A stretch of 64,000 nucleotides of DNA, taken from contig CAWGAA010000001.1 of NCBI GenBank assembly GCA_963820525.1, positions 1,632,001-1,696,000 on the forward strand. The letters run 5' to 3'. Of the stretch, positions 54,997 through 64,000 are shown piece by piece. Position numbers and translations under genes: made by a program. The stretch comes from an uncultured Spirochaetota bacterium. GTDB lineage: Bacteria; Spirochaetota; Spirochaetia; SZUA-6; Fen-1364. Each line of letters opens with the position of its first letter. The stretch's first letter is position 1. The notes beneath the pieces were generated by a model that ran no database searches, was not told the origin of the DNA, and worked only from the letters and a program-made list of their open reading frames with translations.

Positions 54997-57576
54997 TCAG
55001 CCCATCTGCGAGCGTGAGCGCTCCGCGGCCCCTCGGCGCCGCAGAAGCTTGACGGCCTCGAACCACGCCACGCTCACCGCGCCGGCGCCGAGGGAGAGCG
55101 CCACGTCGATGATGTGCATGGGTGCGAAGTGAAAAAGGTCGCGCAGCCCCGGGGTATACACCACCGCAGCGAGGAAACCGACGGCTCCGACGACGACCCA
55201 CGTGAGCGCCGGGTTCGGCACGCCGAGGGAGTACACCATGGTGCGCGACCAGCTCCTGTTGGTGAGGATCATGCAGAGGTTGGAGACGATCAGGGTGATG
55301 AACGCCAGCGAGCGCGCCTCGGCGAAGCTCTGCCCGAGGGAGAGGGCGATGCGGTAGACGGCGATCACGACCGCGAAGGCCACGATTCCCTGCAGGAGCG
55401 CTACCGCCAGGCTCCTTTTTCCGAAAAGGCGCGCCCGCGGGCTTCGCGGCTTCCGGGCCATGATGTCGGGGTCCTCGGGCTCGGCCTCGAAGACCACGGA
55501 ACAGGCGGGATCTATGATGAGCTCGAGGAACACGATGTGCACGGGGTAGAGGATCATCTCCTTCCATTGGAGGAGGACCGGCACCAGGGAGGCGAGGGCG
55601 ATGGGGATGTGCACGCTGATGATGTACGCCATCGCCTTTTTCAGGTTGTCGAATATCCTCCGCCCCATCCTGACGGCGGCCACGATGGAGGAGAAGTCGT
55701 CGTCCAGGAGGACGAGGTCCGACGCCTCGCGGGCAACGTCGGTTCCGCGGCCGCCCATGGCCACTCCGATGTGGGCAGACTTGAGCGCGGGGGCGTCGTT
55801 CACCCCGTCTCCCGTCATGGCCACCACTTCTCCGCTCTCCTTCATCGCCTTCACGATTGCGAGCTTCTGCTCCGGCACCACCCGGGCAAAGATGGTCACG
55901 TCACGGATTCCCCGGGTGAGCTCCTCGGGGCTCATTCGGTCGAGCTCCGGTCCCGTGATGACCCTTTCGGGATTCGGCAGGCCGATCTGGCGGGCGATCT
56001 TCTGGGCGGTCCCGGGATAATCCCCCGTGATCATCACGACGCGGATTCCCGCCTGCCGGCATTCGGCAATCGCGGCGGGGACCGCGGGCCGGATGGGGTC
56101 CTCCAATCCAAGGAGGCCGATGAGCTGGAAGGGAAAATCGTGCTGGATATAGGGAAGGCTCCGCTCGGCGAAGCGGGCCTTGGCCACGCCGATCACGCGC
56201 AGGCCCTCACCCGCCATCTCGTGCACCGCCTCCATGAGGGAGTTCGCCGCGCCCTGCTCTAAATGGCAGAGGTCCGCGATGGCTTCCGGGGCTCCCTTGG
56301 TGGCCACCACGTAATCGTCGCTTGAGGCGGATTTCCATACGTGAGAGAGGGCCAGAAGATCGCGCGAGAGCGGGTACTGCTGCACGAGGGTCCAGGTGGA
56401 ATGCAGGTGCTCCGTGTCCTCCAGCGAGGAGAAGCCGGCTTCCACGATGGCCTTTTCCATCGGGTCGAAAGGATCCTCCTGGCTGGCGAGGATCCCGAAC
56501 TCCAGAAGCTCGTGGAATTCCTCGGGGAGGTGGTCGGATGGGCTGGAAGCAATGTCGTGGAACCTGCCCGCGGCGTGGAGCTTCTTGATCTTCATCCTGT
56601 TCTGGGTGAGCGTTCCCGTCTTGTCCACGCACAGAACGGCGGCGGCGCCCAGCGTCTCCACGGCGGCCATCTTGCGCGCGAGGACCTGTTTCTGGGATAT
56701 CCGCCACGCTCCCAGAGCCAGGAAGATCGTGAGCACAACCGGGAACTCTTCGGGGAGCGTGGCCATGGCGAGGGTGAGGCCGGAGAGGAGCCCCTGGAGC
56801 CAGTCTCCGCGGGTCACGCCGTAAACGACCACCACGATCGCGAAGAGCGCGAGCGCGAAGAGGAAAACCGTCTTGACCACGGAACGGGTCTCTCTCTGCA
56901 GGGGCGTCTGTTCCTGCTCGACCGTCTGGAGTGCCTTGCCGATCTTTCCGATCTCGGAAAGGCTGCCGGTCGCCTTGACCAGCGCCACGCCCTGGCCGTG
57001 AACCACGAGGGTGCCGGAATAGACGAAGGGAAGGTCATCCCCTCCCGGCCTGCCCATCTCCATCTCTCCGTCTGCGGGGGACTTGCGGACGGCGACGGAT
57101 TCCCCGGTGAGCAGCGACTCGTCCACCGAGAGGTTGATGCCCCACGCCAAAAGCGAATCGGCGGGAACCCTGTCGCCCTCCGCGAGGATGATGAAGTCCC
57201 CGCGCACGACTTCTCTTCCCGGGATCCTCCTGCGCTCTCCATCCCTGACCACGAGAGCGCGGGGGCTGGAAAGATCTCGCAGCGCCTCCAGGGTCCTCTC
57301 GGTCTTTCCCTCCTGGTAGATGGTGATCCCCATGATCACGAAGACGAAACCCAGGAGCATGATGGCCTCCTGGACGTCTCCCAGGAGGAGATAGAGAACG
57401 CCGATTGCGACCAGGAGGAGGAACATCGGCTCCTTGAAGACTTCGAGGACGATCCCCAGGATGCCTCTCCTCCTGGCGGATGGAAGCTCGTTGGGACCGT
57501 CCGCGCGCAGGATTTCACCGGCTTGTTCTTCGGTGAGACCGACAAGGCGCTTGACCTGCTCATCTGAGAGGGCCAT
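54997..57576 (-). CDS. Cation-translocating P-type ATPase (Ca2+-type)
   Basis: LTGES, PEEFP, DKTGTLT, KGAPE, TGDGVNDAPAL. Confidence 0.93.
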   Translation of the reverse strand: MALSDEQVKRLVGLTEEQAGEILRADGPNELPSARRRGILGIVLEVFKEPMFLLLVAIGVLYLLLGDVQEAIMLLGFVFVIMGITIYQEGKTERTLEALRDLSSPRALVVRDGERRRIPGREVVRGDFIILAEGDRVPADSLLAWGINLSVDESLLTGESVAVRKSPADGEMEMGRPGGDDLPFVYSGTLVVHGQGVALVKATGSLSEIGKIGKALQTVEQEQTPLQRETRSVVKTVFLFALALFAIVVVVYGVTRGDWLQGLLSGLTLAMATLPEEFPVVLTIFLALGAWRISQKQVLARKMAAVETLGAAAVLCVDKTGTLTQNRMKIKKLHAAGRFHDIASSPSDHLPEEFHELLEFGILASQEDPFDPMEKAIVEAGFSSLEDTEHLHSTWTLVQQYPLSRDLLALSHVWKSASSDDYVVATKGAPEAIADLCHLEQGAANSLMEAVHEMAGEGLRVIGVAKARFAERSLPYIQHDFPFQLIGLLGLEDPIRPAVPAAIAECRQAGIRVVMITGDYPGTAQKIARQIGLPNPERVITGPELDRMSPEELTRGIRDVTIFARVVPEQKLAIVKAMKESGEVVAMTGDGVNDAPALKSAHIGVAMGGRGTDVAREASDLVLLDDDFSSIVAAVRMGRRIFDNLKKAMAYIISVHIPIALASLVPVLLQWKEMILYPVHIVFLELIIDPACSVVFEAEPEDPDIMARKPRSPRARLFGKRSLAVALLQGIVAFAVVIAVYRIALSLGQSFAEARSLAFITLIVSNLCMILTNRSWSRTMVYSLGVPNPALTWVVVGAVGFLAAVVYTPGLRDLFHFAPMHIIDVALSLGAGAVSVAWFEAVKLLRRRGAAERSRSQMG

Positions 57577-57714
57577 TCATTCTCCTTACCAGAAACAGAC
57601 GGATATGAATCGATTGGCTGCCGACGAGTCGTGCGCCTAGAGTAGATGCCGGGGCGTGGTCAGTGTCAATGCGGCGCGCCGCGAGGTTTTACCGTTTATT
57701 GGACCCTGCGCGTG

Positions 57715-58533
57715 TCAGGGATGGTAATCGACATCCAGGGGAACGAAGAACCGTCCGTAGCGGCTGCTGCACGCGATGGTTCCCCCGACCGAAAAGTCCG
57801 GAATGCGCGGCTGGGCGAGATTGAGCATCATGCCGAGGGTCTTTCCCGGGCTCATGTCCAGGCGAAGCACGATGGGCTGGGCCTCTGCGGGCCGGAGGTC
57901 GGCGGGCTCCGTGCTGCGCAGGAGCCTGTACCTCTTCCCGTTGAGCTGGATGTACGAGTCTATCGAATCCACCGTGATGCTGAACGAGTTGGTGTTCTTC
58001 ACCAGAAGGGTGACGGTGAAGGAGCTTCCCAATGGCGCCCCTTCGGCCTGCATGAAGCTGACTTCGGGCACCCGGGGGATGGGGACCTGGATCGATTTGG
58101 CGAACGGAATGGCATCGAAATCGAACGAGCCGACGGGGTAGACCTCGCCGTGAAAGGTGACTCGGAGGACATCGGCGGTAAGCACGTCCGGGGCAAGATC
58201 CAGGATGTCCTTCATCGCGATCTGGAAGGGGAAGGTGACGGTTTCGTTTCCCCCGCCGCTGGTGCGCTTCATTGCGGTAAAGGAGTCGGAAAAAAGAGGC
58301 GTATCGAACAGATCCACGCCCCAATCGGTGCGGGAATATTCCAGGCTGACCGGCATGTTGTTCTGGATGAAGATCTTGGCCTCGAATCTGACAACCTGGG
58401 GGTCAATCGAAACCGGAATGAGCTGTATGACGCTGACGGAGGGCGGCTTGGGAACCACGGGTCCCTGGCTGGCACACCCGAGAGCGATGGAGACAGTGGC
58501 GATTGCCAAAAGATACCGCAGAGACCTGATCAT
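57715..58533 (-). CDS. Lipoprotein with tandem LEA_2/WHy-like domains
   Basis: Lipobox [13 protein letters not shown] and VKNTNSFSI motifs. Confidence 0.7.
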   Translation of the reverse strand: MIRSLRYLLAIATVSIALGCASQGPVVPKPPSVSVIQLIPVSIDPQVVRFEAKIFIQNNMPVSLEYSRTDWGVDLFDTPLFSDSFTAMKRTSGGGNETVTFPFQIAMKDILDLAPDVLTADVLRVTFHGEVYPVGSFDFDAIPFAKSIQVPIPRVPEVSFMQAEGAPLGSSFTVTLLVKNTNSFSITVDSIDSYIQLNGKRYRLLRSTEPADLRPAEAQPIVLRLDMSPGKTLGMMLNLAQPRIPDFSVGGTIACSSRYGRFFVPLDVDYHP

Positions 58534-58642
58534 GCGCGCCTCCCGTTCAATGGTGCACGCGCCGTCGCGCAATCGTCAAGGAGAGGCAGGGAAGGGTGCG
58601 GGGCGCTGGACACGGCACCCCGCCTTCCGGCACCATGACGCG

Positions 58643-59080
58643 ATGACGGTCAGGCAGTACCAGTTCACCCTGAGGTCCAGGCCGCGGGGATTCCACCTGG
58701 TCACGGACGAGGTGGTCTCGCACCTCGAGGACCTCGCCGGCTTCTCCGCGGGGCTCTGCCACATCTTCATCCGCCATACCAGCGCTTCCCTCAGTCTCAA
58801 CGAGAACGCCGATCCCACCGTGAGGGTTGACTTCGAGGCCCACCTCCGCCGCATGGTGCCCGATGCTGCCCCCTACTATCGGCACGATTACGAGGGAGAC
58901 GACGATATGTCGGCGCATATCAAGGCGAGCCTCTTCGGCTCCGGGCTCACGATCCCGGTCTCCGGCGGCAGGCTTGCGCTGGGCACGTGGCAGGGCATCT
59001 ATCTCTGCGAGCACAGGGAGCACGGCGGGCCGCGCGAGATCGTGGCGACGCTCATTGGGGAGCTCAATACAAAGGATTGA
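58643..59080 (+). CDS. yjbQ: YjbQ/UPF0047 family protein
   Basis: [35 protein letters not shown]. Confidence 0.92.
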   Translation: MTVRQYQFTLRSRPRGFHLVTDEVVSHLEDLAGFSAGLCHIFIRHTSASLSLNENADPTVRVDFEAHLRRMVPDAAPYYRHDYEGDDDMSAHIKASLFGSGLTIPVSGGRLALGTWQGIYLCEHREHGGPREIVATLIGELNTKD

Positions 59081-59175
59081 CGCAGCATGATCGAAGGCAT
59101 CCTTGAACGTTTCTGCACTCCTCCATTCGCCGATGAAAGCGATTTCGATCGAAAGGCCATGGAGGGCCGTCTCGC

Positions 59176-61632
59176 TTAAACCCCCGCCCGCACGCGGCGT
59201 TCGAGCTCGATCGCGCTCTGCTCGGTTTCCGGGACGTGACCGGACAGGGGGAGCAGCCGCTCGTGCACGGCATCCACGATCCACTCCTTCTGAGGGAAGA
59301 AGAGCTCTTCCATCTCCGCGGCCGGAGTGATCCAGTTTCTGCTTCCCACAACGGCCACCGGAGCGTCCAGCAAGTCGAAGGCGAGCTGTGAGACGTTCGA
59401 GGCCACTGTATGGAGAAAAGACCCGCGCTCGCAGGCATCGCTTGCCAGGAGCAGGCGGCCCGTCTTCTTCACGGACTCCAGGAGAGTCTCGTAGTTCAGG
59501 GGGGTGATGAAGCGCAGGTCCATGACCTCGGCGTCCACCCCGTATCTGTCCTTCAGAACCGCGGCCGCCTCCATCGCGCGATAGAGGGTGGCGCCGATAG
59601 TGGCGATGGTGAGGTCTTTCCCCGTTCTTCGGACTTCCGGCACACCCTCGGGAACCTCATAGTACCCCTCGGGAACGCCGCCGGCATGGAACTGCTCGCC
59701 CACGTCGTAGATGAGCTGGCTCTCGAAGAAGACGACGGGGTCGGTGCCGCGGAGCGCCAGGTTGAGCATGCCCTTCGCGTCGTAAGGGGTGGCGGGGAAA
59801 TATGCCTTGAGGCCGGGGATGTGTCCCACGAAGGCGGACCAGTCCTGGCTGTGCTGGGCCCCGTACTTGTTGCCTACCGAGACGCGGATTACCAGAGGCA
59901 TCGACAGGAGGCCCGCCGACATTGCCTGCCACTTGGAAGCCTGGTTGAAAAGCTCGTCGCCCGCCCTGCCCATGAAATCGCAGTACATGAGCTCCACCAC
60001 GGCTCTTCCGCCTGCCAGGGCGTAACCCACCCCGGTGCCCACGATGGCCCCTTCCGATATGGAGGCGTTGAAGAGCCGGTGGTAGGGCAGAGCTTCGGTG
60101 AGGCCGCGGTACACGGCAAAGGCTCCGCCCCAGTCGCGGTTCTCCTCGCCCCAGGCGGCCATGGTCGGGTCTCTGGAGAAGCGGTGGATCATCGCCTCGA
60201 AAAGCCCGTCGCGGTACTGGAACAGCTTGTTCTTCGCCACCGGCTTTCCTTCGGCATCGAAGGCGAAGCGGGCCTTGCCGGCGATCGCCTTTACCCGCGG
60301 GTTGTCCTTGAGATCTCCAAGCATCTCGGAAGGCCTCTCCTCGCGCTTCTCCACGCTGCCGTTTGAGAGCATGACGGACTCGATCAGCCGCCCATCCGCC
60401 CGGGGGCTCGCCTCCTCGTCCGCGGCAAGCCGCAATACCGCCGACAGCTTCTCTACCACGGCGCTTCGCAGCGTATCAAGCTCGCCCTTGCCGGCGATCT
60501 TGTTCTGCACGAGGTACTGGGCGTAGCTGTCGATTGGATCCACTCCCTGCCAGAGGGCCACCTCTTCCTTGGAGCGGTAGCTGGAGGCATCGGAGGGCGA
60601 GTGGCCCGACACGCGATAGGTCACCGTGTCCAGCAGCACGGGGCCTCTGCCTTCGAGGAGGATCCTCTTCTTTCGCGCCACCGCATCCGCGACGGCCAGG
60701 GGATTGTAGCCGTCGACGCGCTCGGCGTGCATGTTCTCCGGATTGACTCCCGCGCCCACCCGGGCCAGCACCTTGAAGCCCATGGTCTCGCCGTCGGTCT
60801 GCCCGCCCATCCCGTAGAAGTTGTTGAAGAAGTTGAAGAGGATGGGGGGAGCGCCTCCGATCTCCTTCGGCCAAAGCGTCCTGTACTGGTCCATGGCGGC
60901 GATGCAGATCGCCTCCCAGACCGGACCGCAGCCCATCGAGGCGTCTCCGATGTTGGCCACCACGATGCCGGGCTTCCTGTTTATCCGCTTGAAGAGCGCG
61001 GCGCCGGTGGCGATGTCGGCAGAGCCGCCCACGATGGCATTGTTCGGCATGGAGCCGAAGGGAGTGAAGAAGGCGTGCATGGAGCCGCCCAGCCCCCTGT
61101 TGAATCCGGCCTTTCGGGCAAAGATCTCGGCAAGGGTGCCGTAGAGGATGAACGCCTCGGAGAGCCCGTCGATGCCTTCATGGGGAATCTTTTCCGCCAT
61201 GCGCAGGGTATCTCCGCCGAGATATCCTTCCATGATCGAGGAGAGGGCGCCCTCGTCGATTCGGCGCGCGGCGGAGAAGCACTTCGCCAGGATCTCCCCA
61301 TGGCTCCTGTGGGAGCCGAATATGAAGTCTTCGGGCTCGAGGCTCGCGCACTGGCCAACCGCGGCCGCTTCCTGCCCGATGGACAAGTGGGCGGGGCCCT
61401 TGTGGTTGTAGCTGATCCCGTTCCAGGATCCCATCGTCTTTATCGCGTTGAGCATGGACTCGAACTCGCGGATCCGCACCATGTCGATCCAGATTGCTTT
61501 CAGGCCGTCGGCGCCGAAGCGCGCAAGCTCCGCTTTGAAGTCGTTCTTGTACGCGTTCACCGGGATGGGCTGGATCTGGATCTTTCCCGGCACGCGAACC
61601 GCGGAAGGGTCGACCAGCAGGCTTTTAGGCAT
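59176..61632 (-). CDS. TPP-dependent 2-oxoacid/acetoin dehydrogenase E1, fused alpha-beta
   Basis: [42 protein letters not shown]. Confidence 0.88.
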   Translation of the reverse strand: MPKSLLVDPSAVRVPGKIQIQPIPVNAYKNDFKAELARFGADGLKAIWIDMVRIREFESMLNAIKTMGSWNGISYNHKGPAHLSIGQEAAAVGQCASLEPEDFIFGSHRSHGEILAKCFSAARRIDEGALSSIMEGYLGGDTLRMAEKIPHEGIDGLSEAFILYGTLAEIFARKAGFNRGLGGSMHAFFTPFGSMPNNAIVGGSADIATGAALFKRINRKPGIVVANIGDASMGCGPVWEAICIAAMDQYRTLWPKEIGGAPPILFNFFNNFYGMGGQTDGETMGFKVLARVGAGVNPENMHAERVDGYNPLAVADAVARKKRILLEGRGPVLLDTVTYRVSGHSPSDASSYRSKEEVALWQGVDPIDSYAQYLVQNKIAGKGELDTLRSAVVEKLSAVLRLAADEEASPRADGRLIESVMLSNGSVEKREERPSEMLGDLKDNPRVKAIAGKARFAFDAEGKPVAKNKLFQYRDGLFEAMIHRFSRDPTMAAWGEENRDWGGAFAVYRGLTEALPYHRLFNASISEGAIVGTGVGYALAGGRAVVELMYCDFMGRAGDELFNQASKWQAMSAGLLSMPLVIRVSVGNKYGAQHSQDWSAFVGHIPGLKAYFPATPYDAKGMLNLALRGTDPVVFFESQLIYDVGEQFHAGGVPEGYYEVPEGVPEVRRTGKDLTIATIGATLYRAMEAAAVLKDRYGVDAEVMDLRFITPLNYETLLESVKKTGRLLLASDACERGSFLHTVASNVSQLAFDLLDAPVAVVGSRNWITPAAEMEELFFPQKEWIVDAVHERLLPLSGHVPETEQSAIELERRVRAGV

Positions 61633-61726
61633 GGAAATCTCCTCTTCGATCGAGAAGGCCGCATCGCGGAGGCTTCCGCGAGGCGGCCGGGTGAATGGAT
61701 ATACGCTCCCTCACCGTCATTGCCGC

Positions 61727-63073
61727 TCACCTCACGACATGGAGATCGCTGTCCGCGATCGCCGCGGACAGCGCTTCCAGGAATCGGGCAGCGGGGGCGC
61801 CATCGATTGCCTGGTGGTCGAAGGTGAGCGAAAGTCCGAGCCGGGGCTCCAGGATGACGGCACCGTTCGGGCCTGAGGCGGGGGCTTGAGTGATCGAGCA
61901 CACGCCGAGGATGCCGACCTCGGGAGAGTTGAGAACCGGGGTGAAGCTTTCCACCCCGAATCCCCCGAGGTTGGTCACGCTGAAAGTGGAGCCGGAAAGC
62001 TCGTCGGGGAGTATCGTGCCCGCTCTGCAGGCGGCGGCAAGCCGCTTGGCTTCGGCGGAGAGCCCCATGAGGGAGAGGCCGTCCGCGCCGCGGATCACGG
62101 GCACCATGAGGCCGCGCGGCGTGTCCACGGCGAGACCGAGGTGGATGCGCGAGTAGCTTCGAATAACGCCTCCCTGCAGGCGCGCGTTCATGGCGGGGAA
62201 CCGGGGAAGCACGTGCGAGACCGCGTACAGGACCAGATCCCCGACGGTCACCTCGGAAAGGCCCAGCGACGGGTCGCTCGCCTTGAAGCGCGCGCGAAGC
62301 TCCAGAAGACGGGCGGCCGGCGCCGATGCGTTCAAGGTGAGCTGCGCATGGGAAGCAAGCGATGCGCGCATGCGCTCCGCAATGAGCTTTCGCACTCCCT
62401 GGATCGGCGCGTCGGAATAAGGGCCGGGGAAGTCAGTGAGGGGCGCAGTGACGGCGGCGCGCGCCGTCGGGGCCGCCGTCGGAGCGGCGGCGGGCGCGGG
62501 CGCGACAGCGACGCGCGCGGCCGTTGCGGTCCCGCGCATGGGCATGCCCGCGGCGGCGGAGGCGACATCGCGCTCTATCACGCGGCCGCCGGGGCCGGTT
62601 CCCGCCAGGGTTTCCGGGTCAATGCCCCTGGACGCCGCGAGGCGCCTCGCGCGCGGGCTGACTCTCGCCCTTTCGGCGCGCGGGCGCGCGGACCCATCCT
62701 TGACCTCGGCTGAAATGCCGCCGGCAACCTGGGGCGCTTCTTGCACGCGCGCCTGCGTGGCCGCATCCAGTCCGGCACCCGCTTCGCTCCCGGCAGAGGT
62801 CGGGCCCGCGCCCACCGCCGCTCTCCAGTCTTCGCCCGGCGCGCCGATCACGGCGATGGGCTGCAGAACCGGAACGTCGTCGCCAGCGGGGTGGAGGATC
62901 TTCAGAAGCGTACCCGATACGCCGGCGGGCACATCGAAGCTGGCCTTGTCGGTTTCAACCTCGCAGACGATGTCCGCCGGAGAAAGGCTTTGCCCCTCGG
63001 CAGCTCTCCAGCGTACGATGATGCAGGATTCGACCGTATTACCCTGACGGGGCATGATCAAAAGATGCGCCAA
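61727..63073 (-). CDS. Dihydrolipoamide acyltransferase E2
   Basis: Lipoyl EVETDKA, E3-binding SPRARRLA...GTGPGGRV, catalytic DHQAIDGA; TTG start after AAGGAGG. Confidence 0.92.
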   Translation of the reverse strand: MAHLLIMPRQGNTVESCIIVRWRAAEGQSLSPADIVCEVETDKASFDVPAGVSGTLLKILHPAGDDVPVLQPIAVIGAPGEDWRAAVGAGPTSAGSEAGAGLDAATQARVQEAPQVAGGISAEVKDGSARPRAERARVSPRARRLAASRGIDPETLAGTGPGGRVIERDVASAAAGMPMRGTATAARVAVAPAPAAAPTAAPTARAAVTAPLTDFPGPYSDAPIQGVRKLIAERMRASLASHAQLTLNASAPAARLLELRARFKASDPSLGLSEVTVGDLVLYAVSHVLPRFPAMNARLQGGVIRSYSRIHLGLAVDTPRGLMVPVIRGADGLSLMGLSAEAKRLAAACRAGTILPDELSGSTFSVTNLGGFGVESFTPVLNSPEVGILGVCSITQAPASGPNGAVILEPRLGLSLTFDHQAIDGAPAARFLEALSAAIADSDLHVVR

Positions 63074-63116
63074 CTGAAAAACCCTCCTTCAGCCCGGCTG
63101 TGCCGTCACGGCGGCC

Positions 63117-63878
63117 TTAAACGGCCCTCACCTTGATCGACGCGTCGGAAAGCTCCCGCATGGCGTCAGGCTGGAGCCCAGAATCGGTAATAATGCCGTC
63201 CACTTCCGACAGGGAGAGGACGCTCACGAATCCCGATTTTCCGTACTTGGAAGAATCCGCAACCAGATAGGTGGTTTCGGCCTGCCGCCGTACGGCCTTC
63301 ACGATCTCGGCGCCCTCGACCAGCTGGGTGGTCATTCCCCGCTTGAGGGAGAAGCCGTCGGTTCCGACAAAAGCGATCCGGACATTGAAGCCGCAGATCG
63401 TCCTGAGCGCCACCGGCCCCACCATGGACTCGGTTGCGAAGCGGAACTCGCCGCCCGTCATGGTAATGCTCACGGCGGGGTTGCGGCGCGCGTATGAGAA
63501 GGCGAGGGTCGAGTTGGTAACAATGTGCAGGTCGCGCTTTCCCAGCAGGTATCTCACGATGAGGGCTGTAGTCGTGCCGGCCTCGATCATGACCGAGTCG
63601 CCGTCCCGAACCAGCTCGGCCGCCGCCCTCGCGATTCTGTTCTTCTCTTCGATGAATAAGCGCTGGCGCTCGAGGATGCTGGGATGGAATGCGGGGAACG
63701 CGCCTCCCCAGGTGCGGTTGAGCAGGCCGCGCTCTTCGAGAACCTTGAGGTCGGACCTGACCGTTACATCCGAAACGCCAAGCTCCCGAGCGAGCAGGCT
63801 TACGGAGAGAGAGCCTCGCTCAGAGAGAATATCGAGAATCTTTCTTTCCCGCTCCTGGAGCTCTTCGGTCATTTCCAA
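63117..63878 (-). CDS. DeoR/GlpR family transcriptional regulator
   Basis: VSDVTVRSDL, EKNRIARAA, AGTTT, VTNS, ADSSKYG. Confidence 0.92.
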   Translation of the reverse strand: MEMTEELQERERKILDILSERGSLSVSLLARELGVSDVTVRSDLKVLEERGLLNRTWGGAFPAFHPSILERQRLFIEEKNRIARAAAELVRDGDSVMIEAGTTTALIVRYLLGKRDLHIVTNSTLAFSYARRNPAVSITMTGGEFRFATESMVGPVALRTICGFNVRIAFVGTDGFSLKRGMTTQLVEGAEIVKAVRRQAETTYLVADSSKYGKSGFVSVLSLSEVDGIITDSGLQPDAMRELSDASIKVRAV

Positions 63879-63909
63879 TACCTTTCAAGTTACTTTTGCT
63901 TTCTTTATG

Positions 63910-63938
63910 ATTATAGCTTATTTCGCAAGGAATTGCAA
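63910..63938 (-). promoter_or_regulatory. Sigma70 promoter of the deoR-E2-E1 operon
   Basis: Minus strand TTGCAA-17 nt-TATAAT. Confidence 0.7.
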
Positions 63939-64000
63939 GTATTGAACAAGAAAATAGGTAATTTGGGCCTATTATGCCAGATGAGGGAGCAAATCCCTTG

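Noticed and set aside
1..64000. rRNA, tRNA or riboswitch genes
   Set aside because: None recognisable by eye; a tRNAscan/Infernal run would be needed to exclude them

Overview
GC-rich bacterial chromosomal window; the gene set is reminiscent of a free-living Spirochaetia, but taxonomy cannot be proven from this sequence. Most of it is housekeeping and metabolism: envelope proteins, GH3, LysE, lactate permease, pentose isomerase plus ribulokinase, a VWA/VIT-VWA pair, a sigma54-driven sugar ABC operon with its own NtrB/NtrC-type pair, aat and clpS-clpA, a PTS-EIIA-diadenylate cyclase fusion, DNA polymerase II, metY-cysK-rrf2, a succinate dehydrogenase/fumarate reductase operon with atypical anchors, a sulfocyanin-like copper protein, a P-type ATPase and a DeoR-E2-E1 cluster. 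Two accessory features stand out. (1) A ~8 kb decayed defence/mobile island (22.9-31.1 kb): IS110 pseudogene, intact TM0106-type nuclease-exonuclease-SF1 helicase, a C-terminal prokaryotic Argonaute remnant, an AbiEi/AbiEii pair whose toxin carries a WYL-like C-terminus, and MNT/HEPN, IS91 and IS66 scraps. (2) An intact IS1182-family element plus two identical 128-bp MITEs sharing its terminal inverted repeats. All three sit in a duplicated CTAG followed by ATC, coinciding with TAG stop codons, so no gene is broken. All family assignments come from motif recognition by eye; no searches were run.
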